DNA from: Gemmatimonadota bacterium
GTDB taxonomy: Bacteria; Latescibacterota; UBA2968; UBA8231
Direction: 5' to 3'
DNA: 64,000 nucleotides
Assembly (NCBI GenBank): GCA_038153405.1
Contig: JAYOYH010000002.1
Span: forward strand, 1-64,000
Under the pieces are notes generated by a model that did not search any database, was not told the origin of the DNA, and saw nothing but the letters and a program-made list of their open reading frames with translations. Each line of letters begins with the position of its first letter. Position 1 is the first letter of the stretch. Positions 31,433 through 46,715 of the stretch are shown one piece after another. Made by a program: the position numbers and the translations under genes.

Positions 31433-31434
31433 AA

Positions 31435-31992
31435 TTAGCCCGCTGCGGTTTTGCCTTGTTTCCAGTGGATAACTTCGTTTTCATAGCGAATTCCCTTGCC
31501 CTTATAAGGCTCGGGCTTGCGCTTAAAGCGGATATCAGCCGCCACTTGACCTACGACTTGTTTGTCGACACCACTCACCGTTATGCGTGCCTGGGCGCCG
31601 CCTTCCCCATTGCCGACGGTAATATCGATGCCGTCCGGGGCTTCATAGACCACCGGATGCGAGTATCCTACGTTTAGCGTCAGCTTGCGGCCCTGCGCTT
31701 CGGCTCGCCAGCCAACGCCAAACAGATCCAGATTTTTGCTGAAGCCCTCGCTAACGCCGGTTATGGCGTTGGCGATTAGCGAACGCGTCAGACCGTGCAG
31801 CGACTGGGCGATCTTCAAATCACTCTTGCGCACGACCTGAACGGCATCGCCATCCACCTCGACGCCTATGTGATCGCCGACAAACGGCACTTCCAGAGCG
31901 CCCTTGGGCCCTTTTACGGCAACCTGCACCCCGGCGACTTTAACGTCGACACTTCCGGGTACTGTGATCGGTGCTTTTCCTATGCGCGACAA
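31435..31992 (-). CDS. rplF: 50S ribosomal protein L6
   Basis: MSRIGKAPI, VKGPKG, GYSHPV, PEPYKGKGIRY. Confidence 0.97.
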   Translation of the reverse strand: MSRIGKAPITVPGSVDVKVAGVQVAVKGPKGALEVPFVGDHIGVEVDGDAVQVVRKSDLKIAQSLHGLTRSLIANAITGVSEGFSKNLDLFGVGWRAEAQGRKLTLNVGYSHPVVYEAPDGIDITVGNGEGGAQARITVSGVDKQVVGQVAADIRFKRKPEPYKGKGIRYENEVIHWKQGKTAAG

Positions 31993-32010
31993 CGTGCTTT
32001 TCTCCTCAAT

Positions 32011-32409
32011 CTACCAGACGCTACAGAGTATCTCGCCGCCGACACCGGCCCGCCGAGCTTCTCTATCGGTCATTACGCCTTTCGACGTGGATACAATGGC
32101 AATGCCGAGACCTCGACGAATGCGCGGCACACCCGAATTTGGCGAATACTGGCGCAGCCCTGGACGACTGATGCGCTTGATTCCCTGTATTAAGCTTCTA
32201 CTGTTGCTATCGTAGCGCAAGTAGAGTCGCAGTACTCCCTGTTTATTGTCTTCTATCACCGCAAAGTTATCGATGAAACGCGTCTCAGCTAACACGCGAG
32301 CAATCTCGCGCTTGAGATTGGAAGAAGGGATATCTACGCGAGGATGCTTGGCACGGCTGGCATTGCGAACGCGGGTCAACATGTCCGCGATGGGATCGGT
32401 CATACTCAT
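32011..32409 (-). CDS. rpsH: 30S ribosomal protein S8
   Basis: MTDPIADMLTRVRNA, ISRPGLR, STSKGVMTD, GGEILC. Confidence 0.98.
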   Translation of the reverse strand: MSMTDPIADMLTRVRNASRAKHPRVDIPSSNLKREIARVLAETRFIDNFAVIEDNKQGVLRLYLRYDSNSRSLIQGIKRISRPGLRQYSPNSGVPRIRRGLGIAIVSTSKGVMTDREARRAGVGGEILCSVW

Positions 32410-32422
32410 TTGCGGTATCCTC

Positions 32423-32608
32423 CTACCAGCTGGCCTTAGTGACGCCGGGAATCTCGCCCCTGAGGGCTAACTCGCGGAAACAGATGCGGCAAAGACCAAA
32501 CTTCCGATAATAGCCGCGCGGACGACCACAGCGTTGACAGCGATTATATTTACGCGAGCTGAACTTTGGCGTGCGGCGCGCTTTGGCTATCAGAGACTTT
32601 TTAGGCAT
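32423..32608 (-). CDS. rpsN: 30S ribosomal protein S14, type Z (zinc)
   Basis: RCQRCGRPR...[21 protein letters not shown]. Confidence 0.97.
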   Translation of the reverse strand: MPKKSLIAKARRTPKFSSRKYNRCQRCGRPRGYYRKFGLCRICFRELALRGEIPGVTKASW

Positions 32609-32627
32609 TCACCAATTCTCCCAAACA

Positions 32628-33173
32628 TTAGTTACTAAAGGGCATGCCGAGCGACTTCAGCAACTCGCGCCCCTCTTCATCGGTCTGAGCCGATGTAACG
32701 ATTGTTATGTTCATCCCGCGGATCTGATCAATTCTATCGTAATCGATTTCGGGAAATATGATCTGCTCTTTGATACCGAGATTGTAGTTGCCCCGCCCGT
32801 CAAAGCCGCGCACGGGCACCCCGCGAAAGTCACGCACCTGCGGTAAGGCCAACGTTATTAGCCGGTCGAGAAACTCATACATGCGGCTACCACGCAGCGT
32901 CACCATGCAGCCGATTGGAATGCCCTCGCGCAGCTTAAAATTCGAGATGGCCTTTTTTGCACGGCGCAGGGCGGGTTTCTGGCCGGTTAGCGCCGTTAAC
33001 TCGCTCACGGCACTTTCCAAGGCCTTTGGCTCACCGACCGCCTCGCCAACGCCCATGTTGACAACGACCTTATCAATGGTCGGAATCTGCATGACATTCC
33101 CGTAAGAGAAACGCTCTTTCAACTGCGACCGTACCTCGTCGCGGTACACCGTCTTTAGTCTGGGCTCGCTCAT
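32628..33173 (-). CDS. rplE: 50S ribosomal protein L5
   Basis: [34 protein letters not shown]. Start placed at ATG 33173. Confidence 0.97.
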   Translation of the reverse strand: MSEPRLKTVYRDEVRSQLKERFSYGNVMQIPTIDKVVVNMGVGEAVGEPKALESAVSELTALTGQKPALRRAKKAISNFKLREGIPIGCMVTLRGSRMYEFLDRLITLALPQVRDFRGVPVRGFDGRGNYNLGIKEQIIFPEIDYDRIDQIRGMNITIVTSAQTDEEGRELLKSLGMPFSN

Positions 33174-33186
33174 GACAACCCTTTTC

Positions 33187-33504
33187 TTACTGCGAGTCAA
33201 TCATCTCGCCGCTGCGGGCCGAGACGCGTACGTTTTTACCACTGTCGAGCTTCTTGTGACGGATGCGCGTGGGCTGATCCGTCTTCGGGCAAATAACCAT
33301 CACGTTGGAAAGATGAACAGGCGCTTCCCGCTCAATAATGCCGCCCTGAGGATCGCGCGACGAGGGACGCGAGTGATGCTTGCGCATATTTACCCCCTCG
33401 ACGATAACCCGATTTTTATCCTTTAAAACGGCCAGCACGGTCGAGCGGCGCCCTTTGTCGTTGCCGCTCATAACCTGAACCGTATCCCCTTTTCTGATAT
33501 CCAT
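33187..33504 (-). CDS. rplX: 50S ribosomal protein L24
   Basis: [30 protein letters not shown]. Confidence 0.97.
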   Translation of the reverse strand: MDIRKGDTVQVMSGNDKGRRSTVLAVLKDKNRVIVEGVNMRKHHSRPSSRDPQGGIIEREAPVHLSNVMVICPKTDQPTRIRHKKLDSGKNVRVSARSGEMIDSQ

Positions 33505-33530
33505 GTGAATCCTCTATTGACGTTGCCGGC

Positions 33531-33899
33531 CTAGACGACTTCTGGCGCTAACGAGACAATGCGCATGTACTGTTTGTCGCGCAGTTCTCTGGCCACAGGG
33601 CCGAAAATGCGCGTTCCCCTGGGCTCTTTATCGTCGTTGATCAACACCGCAGCGTTTTCATCGAAGCGTATATACGAGCCGTCGGGACGGCGGTATTCTT
33701 TTTTGGTGCGAACGACCACGGCCTTGGCCACTTGGCCTTCCTGCAGCGGGCCGTTGGGCAGCACGTTGTGAACGGCTACGACGATGACGTCGCCGACCGT
33801 GGCGTAGCGCTTGCGCGTTCCGCCGAGCACGCGAATGCACTTAGCCGTGCGCGCACCCGCATTGTCTGCCATTTTCACTATTGTGTATTCGTGTATCAT
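33531..33899 (-). CDS. rplN: 50S ribosomal protein L14
   Basis: [34 protein letters not shown]. Confidence 0.98.
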   Translation of the reverse strand: MIHEYTIVKMADNAGARTAKCIRVLGGTRKRYATVGDVIVVAVHNVLPNGPLQEGQVAKAVVVRTKKEYRRPDGSYIRFDENAAVLINDDKEPRGTRIFGPVARELRDKQYMRIVSLAPEVV

Positions 33900-34169
33900 T
33901 TAGACTTGATCCGCGTTTCGCTCCATGATTTCGATCAGGCGCCAGCGCTTGGTCCGACTCATAGGACGGCATTCTTCAATGCGAACCAAATCGCCAACGT
34001 TGGATTCGTTCTTTTCATCGTGGGCGACGAATTTGGCCGTGCGGCGAATAACGCGCCCGTACAGCGGATGCGCGATGCGCTGCTCGACGGCGATCACGCG
34101 CGTCTTAATATTTTTCGCCTTTAACACACGACCTTCAGCCGTACGGCGCTCTGTTGTATTGTTGGACAT
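33900..34169 (-). CDS. rpsQ: 30S ribosomal protein S17
   Basis: HPLYGRVI, AHDEKN..VGDLVRIEECRPMSRTKRW. Confidence 0.97.
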   Translation of the reverse strand: MSNNTTERRTAEGRVLKAKNIKTRVIAVEQRIAHPLYGRVIRRTAKFVAHDEKNESNVGDLVRIEECRPMSRTKRWRLIEIMERNADQV

Positions 34170-34172
34170 CGC

Positions 34173-34391
34173 TTAAGCCTCTCCCCCGGGCAGGCTATCC
34201 TGCTGTAAATCGCGCTCGCGCATCAGGGTGCGTACGCGCGCAATATCGCGCCTGACCTGACGCAGGCGAATGGGACTGGTCAACTGGCCAGAGACGTGCT
34301 GGAAGCGCATATTAAACGCCTCTTCCTCGAGCTCTTCCAGCCTGTTCTTTACATCATCCGCGTTCATGTCGCGCAGTTCACTGGCCTTCAT
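34173..34391 (-). CDS. rpmC: 50S ribosomal protein L29
   Basis: MKASELR...FNMRFQ...VRRDIARVRT. Confidence 0.96.
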   Translation of the reverse strand: MKASELRDMNADDVKNRLEELEEEAFNMRFQHVSGQLTSPIRLRQVRRDIARVRTLMRERDLQQDSLPGGEA

Positions 34392-34393
34392 AA

Positions 34394-34804
34394 CTATGCC
34401 ACCCGCTCTACGAATTTGGTTTTGATCGGCAGTTTGTGACCGGCCTTGCGAAACGCCTCGCGCGCCAACTCAATTGGCACGCCAGACAGTTCGAACATAA
34501 CGCGACCGGGCTTGACTACAGCTACCCACCCTTCGGGGGAACCCTTGCCTTTTCCCATGCGCGTCTCCGCCGGCTTCTTGGTGATGGGCTTGTCGGGAAA
34601 AACGCGAATCCACATTTTTCCGGTGCGGCTCATGGTCCTACTGATAGTGACGCGGACAGCCTCAATCTGGCGGCTCGTTATCCAACCGGGTTCCAGCGCC
34701 TTCAAGCCGTACTCGCCAAAGGAAACCATGTCTCCTCCCTTGGTCTGGCCGCGCATGCGACCGCGAGACTGCTTTCTCCACTTTGCTTTCTTGGGCATTA
34801 ACAT
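34394..34804 (-). CDS. rplP: 50S ribosomal protein L16
   Basis: [30 protein letters not shown]. Confidence 0.98.
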   Translation of the reverse strand: MLMPKKAKWRKQSRGRMRGQTKGGDMVSFGEYGLKALEPGWITSRQIEAVRVTISRTMSRTGKMWIRVFPDKPITKKPAETRMGKGKGSPEGWVAVVKPGRVMFELSGVPIELAREAFRKAGHKLPIKTKFVERVA

Positions 34805-34834
34805 GGGTTAAATCTCTTTTCGCTCTCTCTATGC

Positions 34835-35482
34835 CTAGTTGGTAGCTACTTCGTCTGCAACAACTTCGCCGAGGCAAATCCAGACCTTTACACCGACCGT
34901 TCCCGAAACGGTGAAGGCCGTAGACTGCGCGTAGTCAATATCGGCGCGCAGCGTGTGCAACGGCACGCGACCAGCCGGTTCCGAACGCTCGCGACGGCCC
35001 ATCTCCGAACCGCCGATGCGCCCCGAGCACACAATGCGTATGCCCTCGGCCCCCATGCGCATGGAGGACGCGACCGACTTCTTCATGGCTCGGCGGAAAG
35101 AAACGCGCTGCTCCAACTGGCGGGCCAAGTTATCGGCGACCAGCTGCGCATCCAGCTCGGGCTTCTTTACTTCCTGAATGTTCAGGGACACGTCCTTGCC
35201 GGTGAGCTGCTTGAGCTCGTCGCGCAGCTTGTCGACTTCTGCCCCACGACGACCAATGGCGATACCAGGACGAGCCGTGTGGACTTCAACCGTTACGCGC
35301 TTGGGCTGCCGTTCGATATTGATGCGCGAAACGCCAGCGCGCAGCAGGCGCTGCTTGACATAGCGTCGCAGCATCTGATCCTCGTTCAACAGCTCGGCAA
35401 AGTCTTTTTCGGCGAACCAGTTGGAACGCCAGCCCTTGATTACACCGAGCCGAAAGCCGTATGGGTGCGTTTTTTGTCCCAA
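34835..35482 (-). CDS. rpsC: 30S ribosomal protein S3
   Basis: [36 protein letters not shown]. Confidence 0.98.
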   Translation of the reverse strand: MGQKTHPYGFRLGVIKGWRSNWFAEKDFAELLNEDQMLRRYVKQRLLRAGVSRINIERQPKRVTVEVHTARPGIAIGRRGAEVDKLRDELKQLTGKDVSLNIQEVKKPELDAQLVADNLARQLEQRVSFRRAMKKSVASSMRMGAEGIRIVCSGRIGGSEMGRRERSEPAGRVPLHTLRADIDYAQSTAFTVSGTVGVKVWICLGEVVADEVATN

Positions 35483-35492
35483 AGAGAACTCC

Positions 35493-35840
35493 TCAGTTGA
35501 CCTGGTCGCTGACGACCACGGTAAGATGACAGTGGCGTTTGCGAATGCGATCGGCCGAACCGCGAGCGCGGGGGCGAATGCGCTTTAGATCCCGGCCTTC
35601 GTCGGCATAAATCGCCTTGACGTAGAGGTCCTCTGCATCCACTGGATTTTCTTCGTCCTGGTTAATTCCGTTGGCAATGGCCGAGCGCAGCGTCTTTTCT
35701 ACTTCCTGCGCAACGGGGCGCGGCGAAAAGCGCAAAATCGTCAACGCCTCCTCAACCGGCTTGCCGCGCACCAAATCGATCAGCTGGCGCATTTTTGTCG
35801 CGGGAATACCGACCTGCTTTAGTATCGCTCTAGCTTCCAT
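35493..35840 (-). CDS. rplV: 50S ribosomal protein L22
   Basis: MEARA...LVRGK...[17 protein letters not shown]. Start placed at ATG 35840. Confidence 0.97.
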   Translation of the reverse strand: MEARAILKQVGIPATKMRQLIDLVRGKPVEEALTILRFSPRPVAQEVEKTLRSAIANGINQDEENPVDAEDLYVKAIYADEGRDLKRIRPRARGSADRIRKRHCHLTVVVSDQVN

Positions 35841-35859
35841 AGTTTTATAGATCCACCCT

Positions 35860-36147
35860 TTAGCGCACGCGGCTGCCGCGCTCCGTGAGTTTGCCACCGT
35901 GCCCGCGGAATGTGCGGGTAGGGGAGAACTCGCCGAGCTTGTGGCCTACCATATTCTCAGTTATGTAGACTGGAATGAACTTGTTGCCGTTATGGACGGC
36001 CAGCGTGTGACCGACAAAATCCGGAGTAATCGTGGAGCGACGCGACCACGTCTTTACCACGCGCTTACCACCCGTGCGATTGAGCTCCTCCACCTTTTTC
36101 TCCAGATGGGCATCAATAAATGGGCCCTTCTTGACTGACCTAGGCAT
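35860..36147 (-). CDS. rpsS: 30S ribosomal protein S19
   Basis: [32 protein letters not shown]. Confidence 0.98.
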   Translation of the reverse strand: MPRSVKKGPFIDAHLEKKVEELNRTGGKRVVKTWSRRSTITPDFVGHTLAVHNGNKFIPVYITENMVGHKLGEFSPTRTFRGHGGKLTERGSRVR

Positions 36148-36164
36148 CTATTCGTTCACTCCTT

Positions 36165-37001
36165 CTACTTCGAATTGCGCCGACGCAGGATCATCGCGTC
36201 AGAGCGGTTCTTGTGCTTGCGCGTCTTGTAGCCCTTGGTGGGCTTGCCCCACGGCGTCACCGGATGGCGCCCACCGGACGTCTTGCCCTCACCGCCGCCG
36301 TGCGGGTGATCGACCGGATTCATCACGACGCCGCGCACCTTCGGGCGGCGACCCAACCAGCGCGCGCGGCCGGCCTTGCCGATTACGACATTGCCGTGCT
36401 CTACGTTACCTACCTGACCGAGCGTTGCCATGCACTGCACTGCGACCTCGCGAATTTCACCCGAGGGCAAGCGGAGTTGCGCACGCCCATTCTCACCACG
36501 CCCGAGGAGCTGAACTTCTGCACCTGCACTGCGCGCCAGTTGGCCTCCACCTCCGGGCTGCAGCTCGACGTTGTGAATGGTTGAACCGAGGGGGACATTC
36601 AGCAGCGGCATGGCGTTGCCCACGCTAATCGGCGCGTCGGGGCCAGCAACTACGGAAGCCCCTACAACGAGCCCAGCTGGAGCCAAGATGTAGCGTTTGT
36701 CGCCGTCGGCATAAACCACCAAGGCGATGAACGCAGAGCGGTTGGGATCGTATTCTACGGAAGCGACCTTGCCCGGAACTCCAATTTTGTTGCGCTTAAA
36801 GTCAATGACTCGGTAACGGCGCTTGTGACCACCGCCGCGACGGCGCATGGTCATTCTTCCCTGATTATTGCGCCCGCCGGACTTGCTTACGGCACCGCGC
36901 AGCAGCGATTTCTGTGGGCTGCTGACGCTGATCTCCTCGAATGAGTTAACCGTTTTATAGCGCAGGGTAGGCGTTATGGGACGAAACTTCTTGACTGGCA
37001 T
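36165..37001 (-). CDS. rplB: 50S ribosomal protein L2
   Basis: [29 protein letters not shown]. Confidence 0.98.
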   Translation of the reverse strand: MPVKKFRPITPTLRYKTVNSFEEISVSSPQKSLLRGAVSKSGGRNNQGRMTMRRRGGGHKRRYRVIDFKRNKIGVPGKVASVEYDPNRSAFIALVVYADGDKRYILAPAGLVVGASVVAGPDAPISVGNAMPLLNVPLGSTIHNVELQPGGGGQLARSAGAEVQLLGRGENGRAQLRLPSGEIREVAVQCMATLGQVGNVEHGNVVIGKAGRARWLGRRPKVRGVVMNPVDHPHGGGEGKTSGGRHPVTPWGKPTKGYKTRKHKNRSDAMILRRRNSK

Positions 37002-37014
37002 AATTTAGTCCAAC

Positions 37015-37302
37015 CTATACGTTTTCAACGAAGTCGATTGAGTCACCGGCCTTGAGCGTGACATAGGCTTTCTTCCAGCCTGCGCGACGCCCAGCGTAGA
37101 GGCCCTGCCTCTTGGGTTTGCTAGGCACCTTGATGGTGCGCACCGATTCGACGCTAACGTCAAAGATGCTTTCTACGGCCTGCCGAATCTGCACTTTATT
37201 GGCCTTTGGATGCACGCGGAAAGCATACTTATTGCCCTCGCGCAAAATCGTGGCTTTTTCAGTGATGACCGGCTTCAATATGATGGAGCGAGGGTTGCTC
37301 AC
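37015..37302 (-). CDS. rplW: 50S ribosomal protein L23
   Basis: PVITEKA, ANKVQIRQAVE, WKKAYVTL. Confidence 0.97.
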   Translation of the reverse strand: MSNPRSIILKPVITEKATILREGNKYAFRVHPKANKVQIRQAVESIFDVSVESVRTIKVPSKPKRQGLYAGRRAGWKKAYVTLKAGDSIDFVENV

Positions 37303-37313
37303 AGGATCTTCTC

Positions 37314-37961
37314 CTAAGCCTCAACTGCAGCGTGGTGCTCTACGAGCTTGTCCAACGCCTGTCGGGTAAAAAGTATCACATCGGCCGAAACGACGTCGTA
37401 CGTCCCCAAGGAGCCAATGTGTGTGGCATTGACCCGCTGGATATTGCGGCTGGATTTGACCAACACAGTCGCATTTTCGGGCGTTACAAAGAGCACCTTT
37501 TGGCCATCGAGGCCGCAAGCGTCAATGACCCCTTTGAACGACTTGGTGCTGGGCTGATCATAGTCGAAATCGTCGATTATTCTGACCTGTCCACCGGTAC
37601 CTTTGAGCGTCAACGCCGAACGAAAGGCCAAGCGTTTGAGTGCCTTGGGCATTTTCGAATAGTAGGAGCGCGGCTCTGGACCAAACGCCACGCCACCCCC
37701 GCGCACCAGCGGAGAACGATTGGAACCGCGACGGGCGCCACCCGTTCCCTTCTGCCGATGGTGCTTTTTGCTCGTCCTTGCGATCTCCGAACGCGTTTTC
37801 ACTTTGGCAGTACCCTGCCGCTGGTTCGCTTCGTAGGTAACAACCGCGCGATAGAGGGCGTATTCGGAAACCTCGGCGGCGAACAACTCATCCGGCAATT
37901 CCACCGAGCCGTTGGGCTTGCCTTCCGTCGTGAGAACTTCTACCTGTGCACCCATGCCCAT
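37314..37961 (-). CDS. rplD: 50S ribosomal protein L4
   Basis: RQGTAKVKTRSE, RQKGTGGARRGS, GGGVAFGPEPR. ATG overlaps the rpsJ stop (TGATG); alternative ATG at 37955. Confidence 0.97.
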   Translation of the reverse strand: MGMGAQVEVLTTEGKPNGSVELPDELFAAEVSEYALYRAVVTYEANQRQGTAKVKTRSEIARTSKKHHRQKGTGGARRGSNRSPLVRGGGVAFGPEPRSYYSKMPKALKRLAFRSALTLKGTGGQVRIIDDFDYDQPSTKSFKGVIDACGLDGQKVLFVTPENATVLVKSSRNIQRVNATHIGSLGTYDVVSADVILFTRQALDKLVEHHAAVEA

Positions 37962-38269
37962 CAAACCTTAATGTCTATGCCAATGCCAGCGGGCAAGTCC
38001 AACTTCATCAGCGCGTCCACGGTCTGCGGCGTCGAATCGTATATATCGATCAGGCGCTTGTGAACGCGCGTCTCGAACTGCTCGCGCGATTTTTTGTCTA
38101 CGTGCGGCGAGCGCAGCACGGTGTAGATACTGCGCGAAGTCGGCAGCGGCACGGGACCCGCGATGCGGGCCCCACTGCGCTTAACCGTCTGCACTATCTC
38201 GTCTACAGACCTATCCAATGCCACGTGATCATAGGCCTTCAGGCGAATTCGAATTCTATCAACAGCCAC
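37961..38269 (-). CDS. rpsJ: 30S ribosomal protein S10
   Basis: [31 protein letters not shown]. Confidence 0.98.
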   Translation of the reverse strand: MAVDRIRIRLKAYDHVALDRSVDEIVQTVKRSGARIAGPVPLPTSRSIYTVLRSPHVDKKSREQFETRVHKRLIDIYDSTPQTVDALMKLDLPAGIGIDIKV

Positions 38270-38293
38270 TTGGCGTGTCTCCTAGAGAGTTAG

Positions 38294-39484
38294 TTACTCG
38301 ACGATTTCGGTGACCACGCCCGAACCAATCGTGCGACCGCCCTCGCGAATAGCGAAGCGCAGGTTCGACTCGACGGCAATGGGCTGAATCAGATCAACTT
38401 CCATGGTGACGTTATCTCCCGGCATGACCATCTCAGTGCCTTCCGGCAGCGTGATCGAACCGGTAACATCGGTGGTGCGGAAGAAAAACTGCGGGCGATA
38501 GCCGGTAAAAAACGGCTTCTCGCGACCGCCTTCCTTGCTGGTCAGCACGTAGACCTCAGCCTTAAACTTGGTATGCGGCGTAATCGAACCAGGCTTGCAG
38601 ACGACCATACCGCGCATCAGTTCATCTTTTTCGACGCCGCGCATGAGCAGACCGACGTTGTCACCAGCCTGACCTTCGTCAAGCAGTTTGCGGAACATTT
38701 CGACGCCGGTAATGGTGGTCTTACGCGTATCGCGGATACCGACCAACTCGACCTCTTCGCCAACCTTGACGATGCCGCGCTCAATTCGACCGGTGCCCAC
38801 CGTGCCACGACCAGAGATGCTGAAAACATCTTCGATCGGCATCAGGAAAGGCAGATCGACCGGGCGCTCGGGAAGCGGAATCCACTCGTCGACGGCATTC
38901 ATCAATTCGTCAATGGCACCTGAACCCGTCGGTCCATCGTTTCCCTCGACAGCGGCCAGAGCCGAACCGCGGATAACCGGCGTATCGTCGCCCTCAAAGC
39001 CGTACTCGTTGAGCAAGTCGCGCGTCTCCAACTCGACCAAGTCGAGCAACTCCTCGTCGTCAACCTGGTCGACCTTATTGAGGAAGACGCAAATGCGCGG
39101 TACGTTGACCTGGCGGGCGAGCAAAATGTGTTCGCGCGTCTGGATCATAGGACCGTCGGCGGCGCTCACCACCAGAATGGCGCCATCCATCTGGGCGGCT
39201 CCGGTGATCATATTCTTGATGTAGTCGGCGTGTCCAGGGCAGTCGACGTGAGCGTAGTGACGACTCTCCGTCTCGTATTCTTGGTGCGATACGTTAATTG
39301 TTACGCCACGCGCCTTTTCTTCCGGGGCGTTGTCGATCTCGTCAATGCCCTTGGCCTGCGCCAAGCCCTTGCTGGCCAAGTGCAACGTAATGGCCGCCGT
39401 AAGGGTGGTCTTGCCGTGGTCGACGTGACCTATCGTTCCAATGTTTACGTGAGGCTTATTGCGCTCGAATTGTTCCTTGGCCAT
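38294..39484 (-). CDS. tuf: Elongation factor Tu
   Basis: [31 protein letters not shown]. Confidence 0.99.
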   Translation of the reverse strand: MAKEQFERNKPHVNIGTIGHVDHGKTTLTAAITLHLASKGLAQAKGIDEIDNAPEEKARGVTINVSHQEYETESRHYAHVDCPGHADYIKNMITGAAQMDGAILVVSAADGPMIQTREHILLARQVNVPRICVFLNKVDQVDDEELLDLVELETRDLLNEYGFEGDDTPVIRGSALAAVEGNDGPTGSGAIDELMNAVDEWIPLPERPVDLPFLMPIEDVFSISGRGTVGTGRIERGIVKVGEEVELVGIRDTRKTTITGVEMFRKLLDEGQAGDNVGLLMRGVEKDELMRGMVVCKPGSITPHTKFKAEVYVLTSKEGGREKPFFTGYRPQFFFRTTDVTGSITLPEGTEMVMPGDNVTMEVDLIQPIAVESNLRFAIREGGRTIGSGVVTEIVE

Positions 39485-39526
39485 TTTCTTCGATCCTCTC
39501 CTTGTGCGTTAATAGCTCGCGCTGTA

Positions 39527-41614
<2,088 letters not shown>

Positions 41615-41631
41615 TTCCCCTTGTTGCCTCT

Positions 41632-42102
41632 TTAAAATCTATAGTGTGCAAAAGCCTTATTGGCTTCTGCCATGCGGTGGACGTCATCGCGCATTCGCAC
41701 GGCGCCACCTTCTCCCTTAGACGCTGCAATAAACTCGTTGGCCAAGCGCTCGGCCATGGTGCGCTCCGAGCGCTCTCGCGCAAAGCGGATCAGCCAGCGA
41801 ATCGAACGGGCCGTGCGCTCATCGGGACGCACCTCCACGGGGACCTGATAGGTCTGCCCGCCCACGCGACGCGACTTAACCATGACGATGGGCTTGGTAT
41901 TCTCCAGCGCCTTCTGAAACACGTCTATGGCACTTTGGCCAGCGCGCGCCTCGACTAAGTCTATCGCGTGATAGAAAATCCGCTCGGCGACACTGCGCTT
42001 TCCCTGCTTCATCAGCGAGTTGATAAAACGAGCTGCCAGGACATTGTTGTACTTGGGATCCGGCAGCAGCTTGCGCTTAATTGCTTTTTTGCGACGCGAC
42101 AT
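41632..42102 (-). CDS. rpsG: 30S ribosomal protein S7
   Basis: [30 protein letters not shown]. Confidence 0.98.
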   Translation of the reverse strand: MSRRKKAIKRKLLPDPKYNNVLAARFINSLMKQGKRSVAERIFYHAIDLVEARAGQSAIDVFQKALENTKPIVMVKSRRVGGQTYQVPVEVRPDERTARSIRWLIRFARERSERTMAERLANEFIAASKGEGGAVRMRDDVHRMAEANKAFAHYRF

Positions 42103-42114
42103 AATTCCCTCTTA

Positions 42115-42492
42115 TTAGCCCTTATCCGGCTTGCGAGCGCCGTATTTGGAACGCCCCTGTTTGCGATCGGCTACGCCCGTGGCATCGAGAACCCCGCGCA
42201 CGATGTGATAGCGGACACCCGGACAGTCCTTGACGCGGCCGCCACGCACCAAAACGATAGAGTGTTCCTGCAGGGTGTGTCCTTCGCCAGGAACGTAGGC
42301 CGTGACCTCAATGCCCGTTGTGAGGCGAACGCGGGCCATTTTGCGCAGAGCGGAATTGGGCTTCTTGGGCGTCGTCGTGAAAACGCGCGTACACACGCCA
42401 CGGCGCTGAGGGCAGTTTTCTAACGCCGGCGCGTCGTTCTTTTTCAGCGTTTTGATGCGGCCCTTTCGGACCAGTTGGCTAATTGTAGGCAA
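42115..42492 (-). CDS. rpsL: 30S ribosomal protein S12
   Basis: [35 protein letters not shown]. Confidence 0.98.
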   Translation of the reverse strand: MPTISQLVRKGRIKTLKKNDAPALENCPQRRGVCTRVFTTTPKKPNSALRKMARVRLTTGIEVTAYVPGEGHTLQEHSIVLVRGGRVKDCPGVRYHIVRGVLDATGVADRKQGRSKYGARKPDKG

Positions 42493-42534
42493 GGACTATT
42501 TTCTCCGTTTATTGCGCATAAATAGCAAACTCAT

Positions 42535-42563
42535 AAGGTAAATCTCAGCTATATAACTGTCAA
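42535..42563 (-). promoter_or_regulatory. sigma70-type promoter of the str operon
   Basis: TTGACA-17nt-TACCTT between rpoC and rpsL. Confidence 0.65.
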
Positions 42564-42567
42564 TAGT

Positions 42568-46674
<4,107 letters not shown>

Positions 46675-46715
46675 ATGAGCCCCCTTTGCGTATAGACCTT
46701 GCGGATCCGCTTCGA

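Noticed and set aside
37332..38063. 243-aa plus-strand ORF at the position where rplC would be expected
   Set aside because: It is antisense to rplD/rpsJ and has no L3 motifs; a shadow ORF.
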